Assembly (NCBI GenBank): GCA_051746185.1
Contig: JBNJEV010000009.1
Location: forward strand, 2,240 to 66,239
Origin: Bacteroidota bacterium
Lineage (GTDB): Bacteria; Bacteroidota; Bacteroidia; Bacteroidales; GCA-2748055
Direction: 5' to 3'
Length of the DNA stretch: 64,000 nt
Of this stretch, positions 56,801 through 64,000 are shown piece by piece. Under the pieces are notes generated by a model that ran no database searches, was not told where the DNA came from, and worked only from the letters and a program-made list of their open reading frames with translations. A program made the translations under genes and the position numbers. Positions within the stretch are counted from its first letter, which is position 1, and each line of letters begins with the position of its first letter.

Positions 56801-57490
56801 ATGAAAATGAAACATCTATCCGGAGGAGTAATGGCACTGCTGGTGGCAGGTATGCTTGCCACCCCTGTTGAAACGAGTGCCCAGGAGGAGAATCCTTCCC
56901 CTTTCACCGCAGGGGCCGACCTGGTCAGCAGCTACCTGTGGCGGGGGACAAAATTCGGTACAGGTCCGGCCATTCAGCCTTATGTGGAACTTGGCCTGGG
57001 AAATTTTTCACTGGGCTCCTGGGGTTCATACTGTTTCACAACCAATGAGGCGGCAGAAGCCGATCTTTACCTGTCTTACCGGTTCGATTTCGGACTGAGC
57101 CTCGGGGTGACCGATTATTATTTCCCGGGCACGCAATACTTCGATGTCTCAAATGCCACAGGGGCGCACGCCCTGGAACTGAATGCAGGGTACTCCCTGG
57201 GCGGCCTGTCCCTTGGTGCCAATTACTTCCTGAATGAAGCAGGCGGTGCCGGGACTTCCGGAGGAGATATGTATTTCGAAGCGGGTTATTCGCTGGCCTC
57301 TTTCGGGGTGGTGATCGGCGCCGGAAACGGCTGGCACACCCCGGACGGGGAATTCGCCCTGTGCAATATCGGGATCACTGCATCGAAGGATCTCAAGATC
57401 ACCGGCTCGTTCACATTACCTCTGACGGGGGCCGTGATACTCAACCCGGACACCGAACAGTTCCATGTGGTGGCGGGAGTATCGTTTTAA
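56801..57490 (+). CDS. Putative porin (TorF/Gcw_chp-like outer-membrane beta-barrel)
   Basis: Signal peptide, ADLVSSYLWRG, PAIQP, EADLY, TDYYFP, C-terminal Phe; upstream of gltBD. Confidence 0.8.
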   Translation: MKMKHLSGGVMALLVAGMLATPVETSAQEENPSPFTAGADLVSSYLWRGTKFGTGPAIQPYVELGLGNFSLGSWGSYCFTTNEAAEADLYLSYRFDFGLSLGVTDYYFPGTQYFDVSNATGAHALELNAGYSLGGLSLGANYFLNEAGGAGTSGGDMYFEAGYSLASFGVVIGAGNGWHTPDGEFALCNIGITASKDLKITGSFTLPLTGAVILNPDTEQFHVVAGVSF

Positions 57491-57583
57491 TTTTAACTTT
57501 CATTCTCTAAGTTTTCAACCGTTATATCTTATTAAAATATAGTTAAAGGCCGGTTAAATATTTTGATTCGTAATATTTATACC

Positions 57584-57591
57584 TATCTTTG
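57584..57591 (+). promoter_or_regulatory. -7 promoter box for the gltB leader (TATCTTTG)
   Basis: Matches TAnnTTTG just upstream of the leader ORF. Confidence 0.6.
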
Positions 57592-57596
57592 TCCCC

Positions 57597-57680
57597 ATGA
57601 ACCAGATGATGAAAACGGGATTTGAGAGGCGCAGGGAAAATGAGGCAGGAATGGCCGGAAGGTTTTTGTCGTCGGGATAG
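57597..57680 (+). CDS. Putative leader peptide upstream of gltB
   Basis: MNQMMKTGFERRRENEAGMAGRFLSSG*; lies between the -7 box and the terminator. Translation unproven. Confidence 0.35.
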   Translation: MNQMMKTGFERRRENEAGMAGRFLSSG

Positions 57681-57700
57681 GATGGGTTGAACTGCATAAG

Positions 57701-57739
57701 AAAAACCGTTTTCCCGATGATCCGGAAAACGGTTTTTTT
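57701..57739 (+). terminator. Intrinsic terminator/attenuator immediately upstream of gltB
   Basis: Perfect 14-bp stem AAAAACCGTTTTCC / GGAAAACGGTTTTT with 9-nt loop and T run. Confidence 0.8.
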
Positions 57740-57774
57740 ACGTGCGGACAGGTGAAATCATGATCAATCGTATA

Positions 57775-60700
57775 ATGATGGAACGTCCGGAAAATAATGG
57801 TCTGTACAGGAATTCATTCGAGCACGACAGCTGTGGGATCGGATTCGTGGTACATTTGAAGGGAAAAAAATCTCACGAGATCATCCGCAGGGGACTGGAG
57901 ACCCTTGTGAACATGAAACACCGCGGGGCGGAGGGATCAGATTCGAAAACAGGAGACGGTGCAGGGGTGATGATCCAGATCCCCAGGGATTTCTATCTGA
58001 TCCAGGGGTATTCTATTCCTCCTGAGGGACAGTTCGGGACCGGGCTGGTGTTCCTGCCCGGGGATCCTGCAGAGGCAAAGAAATGTGAGGAGATCCTGGT
58101 TCAGCTGGTACATGACGAGGGATTGAACCTGATCGGATTCAGGGATGTTCCCAGGGACAGCAGCACCCTTGGCGAGATTGCCAGGAAATCTGAACCCGTA
58201 ATCCGGCAGATCCTCCTGGAAGCCGATCTGCCCAGGGAGGAGCTGGAGAGGAAATTGTATATCATCCGGAAAAGGGCTGAAAAACATGTGGCTGCCTCCG
58301 GCCTGGAGCAGAAGCAATTGTTCTATCTTCCCAGTCTGTCCACCAGGGTGTTGATATACAAGGGAATGCTCACTTCCGAACAACTCGGGGAGTATTTCCT
58401 GGACCTGCAGGATTCACGGATCCAGAGTGCCATTGCGCTGGTCCATTCCAGGTTCAGCACCAATACATTTCCCAGCTGGGATCTGGCCCAGCCATTCCGT
58501 ATGCTGGCACATAACGGGGAAATCAACACGGTGAAGGGCAACCGGTTCTGGATGGAGGCCCGGGAATCGATCCTCAAATCCGATATTCTGGGTGACCTGA
58601 ACAGGATCTACCCGGTGATCGAGCCCGGAAAAAGCGATTCCGCATCCCTGGACAATGTCCTTGAATTCCTGGTGATGAGCGGGAAATCATTGCCCTATGC
58701 CATGTCCGTTCTGATTCCTGAATCCTGGAATGAAAAAAATCCCATTTCACCGGAACTGAAGGCCTTTTACCAGTATCACTCCACTTTCATGGAGCCATGG
58801 GATGGCCCTGCATCCCTGATTTTCAGCGACGGAAGATACATCGGGGGAATGCTCGACAGGAACGGATTGCGCCCTTCACGCTATGTGGTCACCAAAGACG
58901 ACCTGATGGTCATGGGGTCTGAAGCGGGAGTCCAGCAATTCCCGGCAGAAGATATCCGGGAGAAAGGAAGACTGAAACCGGGAAAACTGATCATGGTGGA
59001 CGTGCAGGAAGGAAGAATCTACAGGGATGAGGAACTCAAGGCACAGCTCGCCTCGGCCCACCCTTACATCCAATGGATCAACAGGAACATGGTCAGTTTG
59101 GAGGAGATCGAGACGGGTAACATCATCCCGCCCGGACTGGGAGATAATTATGACCAAACCCTGGCCTCCTTCAATTACAGCAGGGAGGATGTCGAAATGA
59201 TCATCAAATCCATGGCCGAAACGGGTAGGGAACCCATCGGCTCCATGGGAAACGATGTCCCCCTCACCGTGCTCAGCCAGAAGCCATACCGGCTGTTCAA
59301 CTATTTCAGGCAGCTGTTTGCCCAGGTGACCAATCCCTCCATCGATCCCATCCGGGAAGAGCTGGTGATGACTTTGACCGGATACCTGGGTTCTCTTCAG
59401 ACCAACCTGCTGGATGAGACTCCCGACCACGTAAAGATGGTCAAGTTCAAAAGTCCTGTGATCAACAACACCTACTTCCAGGTGGTCAAAAACCTCCGGT
59501 ACAAGGGTTTTTCAAACCGGGTGATCCCCATGCATTTCGATGCGGGAAAAGGAGCGACCGGACTGGAAGAGGCTGTGGAGGAGATCTGCCGTCAGGCTGA
59601 GCAGGCTGTGGATGAGAAGAACAATTACATTATTCTTACCGACAGGAACATCTCACTGGAGAAAGCTCCCATCCCCTCATTGCTGGCCGTTTCGGCCGTC
59701 CACCACCATCTGATCAAAAAACGCAAGCGGATGCAGATCGATATCGTGGTGGAATCGGCCGAGCCCCGGGAAGTCATGCACTTCGCCCTTTTGTTCGGAT
59801 ACGGAGCCAGTATCATCAATCCTTACATGAGCTTTGCGGTCATTGAACAGCTGGTCGCCCGCAGGATCATTCAGCAGGATTTTGACAAGGCCCAGGAAAA
59901 TTATATCCATGCCATCAACAAAGGCCTGTTGAAGATCCTCTCAAAAATGGGGATCAGCACCCTGCGAAGTTACCGGGCAGCACAGATCTTTGAGGCCGTG
60001 GGCATTCATTCCGGGGTGATCGGGAAATATTTCCAGGGCACGGTCTCCCGCATCGGGGGGATCGGGCTGGAGGAAATTGCAGAGGAGGCTTTGATCCCTC
60101 ACCGGAAGGCTTTCTCCCCCGAAGTGCATTCGACCGTATTTACCGAAGGGGTCTATACATACCGCAAGTATGGCGAACATCACGCCTGGAATCCCGATAC
60201 GGTGGCCCTGCTCCAGTGGAGCACCCGCAACAATGATTACGGGAAATATAAAGAGTATGCCTCTCTGGTGGACGCTGAAACGAAAAAGCCGGGCTTTTTG
60301 CGGGGACTTCTTACCTACCGGCGGGATCCCATCCCTGTGGAGGAGGTGGAACCTGCCGAAAACATTGTCCGCCGTTTTGTCACCGGCGCCATGTCCTACG
60401 GTTCCATCAGCAGGGAAGCACACGAAGCTTTGGCCATCGCCATGAACCGGCTGGGTGGAAGGAGCAACACCGGTGAGGGAGGCGAAGATCCCGGCCGGTT
60501 CGAGCCCCTGGAGAACGGTGACAGCACCCGGAGTGCCATCAAGCAGGTGGCCAGCGGACGGTTCGGCGTAACCACCCAGTATTTGGTCAATGCCGATGAG
60601 ATCCAGATCAAGATCGCCCAGGGTGCAAAACCCGGTGAAGGGGGTCAGCTGCCGGGACACAAGGTGGACAGGATCATTGCAAAAACCAGGTACTCCATTC

Positions 60701-62304
60701 CCGGGATCACCCTGATATCCCCTCCCCCCCATCACGATATCTATTCCATTGAAGATCTGGCCCAGCTCATTTTTGATCTGAAAAATGTGAACCCGGATGC
60801 CCTGATCTCCGTGAAACTGGTCTCAGAGACCGGGGTGGGGACCATTGCCGCCGGGGTGGCCAAGGCATCCGCCGATCTGATCACCATCAGTGGCACCGAG
60901 GGAGGGACCGGCGCCAGTCCTTCTTCCTCGATCAAACATGCCGGATTACCCCTGGAGATAGGACTTTCCGAGACCCAGCAGACACTGGTGATGAATAATC
61001 TCCGCAGAAGAGTGGTGCTGCAGGCAGACGGACAGATGAAGACCGGAAGGGACGTGATCATGGCGGGCCTGCTGGGAGCCGAGGAGTTCGGATTCGCTAC
61101 CGGTGCGCTGGTTGTGCTGGGATGTGTGATGATGCGGAAATGTCATCTGAACACCTGTCCTGTGGGTGTGGCCACCCAGGATCCGGAACTGCGGAAACGT
61201 TTCCGCGGGAAAGCGGATTTCGTGGAGAATTACTTCCGTTTCGTGGCCCGGGAGGTAAGAGAATACCTGGCGGACATGGGATTCCGCTCCTTCGATGAGA
61301 TCGTTGGAAGATCCGACCTGCTCCTGCGGGATGAATCCCATCCCCACTGGAAGATCAGGAACCTTGATCTGAGCGATGTGACCGCATTTTTTCCTGCGGC
61401 CAAAAAATATCCGCTGCGCAGAATTGAACCGCAGGTCCATAAGATAGACGGGGTGCTGGACCATGAACTGATCGAAAGGTCGGCCGAAGCCCTGGAAGAG
61501 AAAAAACCGGTCACCATACACCTTTCCATCAAAAACACCGACCGCACCACCGGGGCCATGCTTTCCGGGAGGATTACAAAGAAATATGGCATCCGTGGTC
61601 TGCCCGGGGATACCATTAAAGTCCGTTTTGCCGGATCGGCAGGCCAGAGCTTCGGTGCATTCCTGGTGCCGGGAGTGGAATTCTACCTGGAAGGTGACAC
61701 CAACGATTACCTGGGAAAAGGATTATCGGGCGGAAGGATCATTGTGGTCCCCCCGGAAGGATCCACTTTTGAATCGGATCAGAACATCATCATCGGGAAT
61801 ACCGTTCTTTACGGCGCCACCGGAGGGGAGATATTCATATCCGGGGTGGCAGGAGAACGCTTTGCGGTAAGGAACAGCGGTGCTCTTGCGGTGGTGGAAG
61901 GTGTGGGAGATCACTGCTGTGAATACATGACCGGCGGAAGGGTGGTGGTCCTGGGCAAAACGGGCCGGAATTTCGCTGCCGGAATGAGCGGGGGCATCGC
62001 CTATGTGCTGGACGAGGAAGGGGATTTTGACTACTACTGCAACATGGGGATGGTCGAGCTTTCGCTGGTGGAGGACCAGCAGGACAGGAAAGAACTTATC
62101 GGCCTGATATCCAAACACTTTGAGCTTACAGGAAGCAGGCTCGCGGAGAAGATCCTGGTCAGCCCGGATCATTACATGGAACGTTTCATCAAAGTGATCC
62201 CCTACGAGTATAAAAAAGTACTGCAGGAGACGAAACTGGAGGAGATCCGGAAGAAACTGGCCGGTGTGGAGAAAGATGTGGAAATGATGAATGACATATC
62301 ATAA
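57775..62304 (+). CDS. gltB: Glutamate synthase large subunit
   Basis: EHDSCGIGF (Ntn Cys), HSRFSTNT, EPWDGPA, QGAKPGEGGQLPG, CVMMRKCHLNTC; start could be 57760, 57775 or 57778. Confidence 0.97.
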   Translation: MMERPENNGLYRNSFEHDSCGIGFVVHLKGKKSHEIIRRGLETLVNMKHRGAEGSDSKTGDGAGVMIQIPRDFYLIQGYSIPPEGQFGTGLVFLPGDPAEAKKCEEILVQLVHDEGLNLIGFRDVPRDSSTLGEIARKSEPVIRQILLEADLPREELERKLYIIRKRAEKHVAASGLEQKQLFYLPSLSTRVLIYKGMLTSEQLGEYFLDLQDSRIQSAIALVHSRFSTNTFPSWDLAQPFRMLAHNGEINTVKGNRFWMEARESILKSDILGDLNRIYPVIEPGKSDSASLDNVLEFLVMSGKSLPYAMSVLIPESWNEKNPISPELKAFYQYHSTFMEPWDGPASLIFSDGRYIGGMLDRNGLRPSRYVVTKDDLMVMGSEAGVQQFPAEDIREKGRLKPGKLIMVDVQEGRIYRDEELKAQLASAHPYIQWINRNMVSLEEIETGNIIPPGLGDNYDQTLASFNYSREDVEMIIKSMAETGREPIGSMGNDVPLTVLSQKPYRLFNYFRQLFAQVTNPSIDPIREELVMTLTGYLGSLQTNLLDETPDHVKMVKFKSPVINNTYFQVVKNLRYKGFSNRVIPMHFDAGKGATGLEEAVEEICRQAEQAVDEKNNYIILTDRNISLEKAPIPSLLAVSAVHHHLIKKRKRMQIDIVVESAEPREVMHFALLFGYGASIINPYMSFAVIEQLVARRIIQQDFDKAQENYIHAINKGLLKILSKMGISTLRSYRAAQIFEAVGIHSGVIGKYFQGTVSRIGGIGLEEIAEEALIPHRKAFSPEVHSTVFTEGVYTYRKYGEHHAWNPDTVALLQWSTRNNDYGKYKEYASLVDAETKKPGFLRGLLTYRRDPIPVEEVEPAENIVRRFVTGAMSYGSISREAHEALAIAMNRLGGRSNTGEGGEDPGRFEPLENGDSTRSAIKQVASGRFGVTTQYLVNADEIQIKIAQGAKPGEGGQLPGHKVDRIIAKTRYSIPGITLISPPPHHDIYSIEDLAQLIFDLKNVNPDALISVKLVSETGVGTIAAGVAKASADLITISGTEGGTGASPSSSIKHAGLPLEIGLSETQQTLVMNNLRRRVVLQADGQMKTGRDVIMAGLLGAEEFGFATGALVVLGCVMMRKCHLNTCPVGVATQDPELRKRFRGKADFVENYFRFVAREVREYLADMGFRSFDEIVGRSDLLLRDESHPHWKIRNLDLSDVTAFFPAAKKYPLRRIEPQVHKIDGVLDHELIERSAEALEEKKPVTIHLSIKNTDRTTGAMLSGRITKKYGIRGLPGDTIKVRFAGSAGQSFGAFLVPGVEFYLEGDTNDYLGKGLSGGRIIVVPPEGSTFESDQNIIIGNTVLYGATGGEIFISGVAGERFAVRNSGALAVVEGVGDHCCEYMTGGRVVVLGKTGRNFAAGMSGGIAYVLDEEGDFDYYCNMGMVELSLVEDQQDRKELIGLISKHFELTGSRLAEKILVSPDHYMERFIKVIPYEYKKVLQETKLEEIRKKLAGVEKDVEMMNDIS

Positions 62305-62311
62305 GAGGACC

Positions 62312-63739
62312 ATGGGAGACCCCAAAGGATTCATGAAGATAAAAATGAAGCCCGCCGGAAACCGTCCGGTCCACGAACGGACCGGGGATTTCAGCGAGGT
62401 GGAGCAGACCCTGAACTCCGAGGACCGGATGCTGCAGGCATCGCGATGCATGGATTGCGGGATTCCGTTCTGTCACTGGGGATGCCCGGTGGACAACCTG
62501 ATCCCAGAATGGAACGAGTTGCTTTACCGGGGCGACTGGAAGGGAGCCAGCGACCGGCTCCATTCAACCAATAATTTTCCCGAATTCACCGGAAGGATCT
62601 GTCCGGCTCCCTGCGAGCATTCGTGTGTGCTCAATATCGGGGGTGAACCGGTCACCATCCGGGAGAATGAGGCAGCCATCGTGGAAAAAGCCTTTGCCGA
62701 GGGATATATCAAACCTTCCCCGCCGGCGGTACGAACCGGCAAAAGGGTGGCGGTGATCGGCAGCGGTCCGGCCGGGATGGCGGCGGCCGACCAGCTGAAC
62801 AAGGCCGGCCACCAGGTCACCCTTTTTGAAAAAGATGAGAAGATCGGGGGATTGCTCCGGTTCGGGATCCCTGATTTCAAGCTGAACAAACGGACCATCG
62901 ACCGGCGGCTGGAGATCATGACGGCCGAAGGCCTGGAGATACGAACCGGGACCGAGGTGGGAAAAGATGTCCGGACCGGTGAGATCCTGGAGCAGTACGA
63001 TGCGGTCTGTCTGGCCATCGGAGCCATGAAACCGCGGGATCTGACCTTGGAAGGCCGCGATCTGGACGGGATCCATTTTGCCATGGATTATCTGACCCGG
63101 CAGAACCGGATCAACAGCGGACTGTATGTTGCCTATGACAACCGGATCACTGCCGAGGGGCGCAAAGTCCTTGTGATCGGCGGGGGGGATACCGGTTCGG
63201 ATTGCGTGGGAACCGCCATCCGGCAGAAGGCCGCCAGTGTGACCCAGATCGAGATCCTTCCCAGGCCACCGGAAAAAAGATCGGCGGACAATCCGTGGCC
63301 CTATCCTGCCAAAACCCTCAAAACTTCCACTTCCCATGAAGAGGGATGCGAAAGGTACTGGGGCCTTTCCACTGTCCGTTTCTCCGGAATCCAGCACCGG
63401 GTTACCCATGCACATGTGGAGGAGGTCCGCTGGCAGCATGTGAACGGCAGTCTCTCCATGAGCCCCGTCCCGGATACCCGCCGGATGATCGAGGCCGACC
63501 TGATCCTCCTGGCCCTGGGTTTCCTCCATCCGGTTCATGAGGGTTTGATCACAGAACTGAACCTCCCTCTCAGCAGCAGGAACAATATCCGGGTAGATGG
63601 CAAAATGACCACCGGCATGGAAAAGGTATTTGCCGCCGGGGACGCTGTGAACGGTGCCAGCCTGGTAGTAACAGCCATTGCCTCCGGCAGGCGGACCGCA
63701 AAAAATATTGATACCTACCTCAGAAAGGGGGTCGGATAG
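62312..63739 (+). CDS. gltD: Glutamate synthase small subunit
   Basis: RCMDCGIPFC, NNFPEFTGRICPAPCE, GSGPAG, GGGDTGSDC. Confidence 0.96.
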   Translation: MGDPKGFMKIKMKPAGNRPVHERTGDFSEVEQTLNSEDRMLQASRCMDCGIPFCHWGCPVDNLIPEWNELLYRGDWKGASDRLHSTNNFPEFTGRICPAPCEHSCVLNIGGEPVTIRENEAAIVEKAFAEGYIKPSPPAVRTGKRVAVIGSGPAGMAAADQLNKAGHQVTLFEKDEKIGGLLRFGIPDFKLNKRTIDRRLEIMTAEGLEIRTGTEVGKDVRTGEILEQYDAVCLAIGAMKPRDLTLEGRDLDGIHFAMDYLTRQNRINSGLYVAYDNRITAEGRKVLVIGGGDTGSDCVGTAIRQKAASVTQIEILPRPPEKRSADNPWPYPAKTLKTSTSHEEGCERYWGLSTVRFSGIQHRVTHAHVEEVRWQHVNGSLSMSPVPDTRRMIEADLILLALGFLHPVHEGLITELNLPLSSRNNIRVDGKMTTGMEKVFAAGDAVNGASLVVTAIASGRRTAKNIDTYLRKGVG

Positions 63740-63817
63740 ATTTTTTACATATTCTTTGATTTCCTACCCCTTTATTTTCAATACCTGTATTCATTTTTAA
63801 TATCTTTTTAACAATTT

Positions 63818-63838
63818 ACCCCTATATTTTATGGGGGT
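63818..63838 (+). promoter_or_regulatory. ACCCC-GGGGT palindrome upstream of the probable amt
   Basis: ACCCCTATATTTTATGGGGGT; extra TACCCC half-sites nearby; same pattern as at 56666 and 56719. Confidence 0.55.
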
Positions 63839-63889
63839 ATACGTATTTTTATTATATATTTACCCCGAATATCATAAAAATTCAAAGAA

Positions 63890-64000
63890 ATGAAGAAGTA
63901 CTGGTTGATTGCCCTGTGTGTCCTGGCATGTGTCGCTCTGCTCGGGATCATCTTTCCGTTCAGCTTCAATACAGGCGATACTTCAGCGATCGATACCGGA
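63890..64000 (+). CDS. Probable ammonium transporter, N-terminus only (truncated by window edge)
   Basis: MKKYWLIALCVLACVALLGIIFPFSFNTGDTSAIDTG; IDTG resembles the segment before the D.AW motif of Amt; downstream of gltBD. Only 37 codons visible. Confidence 0.55.
   Translation, partial: MKKYWLIALCVLACVALLGIIFPFSFNTGDTSAIDTG

Overview
GC-rich (by eye) chromosomal window of a Bacteroidota, probably Bacteroidales-like, bacterium. Evidence for the taxon: TAnnTTTG -7 promoter boxes, a T9SS C-terminal domain, a PorE-like OmpA protein and gene content. Most of it is metabolic housekeeping: a methylmalonyl-CoA decarboxylase/epimerase operon, two GH3 enzymes, several peptidases, queE, galK/galM, a PAP2-ArnT-GT2 envelope-modification trio, a tal-SIS-PfkB operon, and gltBD followed by the start of a probable amt. 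The standout region is 24.7-28.7 kb. It holds two double-glycine-leader peptides, a palindromic element, a 40-aa membrane peptide missed by the ORF track, a HlyD adaptor and a C39 peptidase ABC transporter, and all three small peptides share a WDxxK motif. Next to it (29.4-32.8 kb) is an uncharacterised cluster: acidic hairpin membrane protein, LolA-like protein, exported YidD paralog and two TPR/TM2-like proteins. Other notable items: a second partial copy of the palindromic element at 11.2 kb, a broken aldo-keto reductase, a recurring ACCC(C)-GGGT palindrome upstream of nitrogen-assimilation genes, and a leader-peptide/terminator structure ahead of gltB. All product calls come from recognising motifs by eye; no database searches were run.
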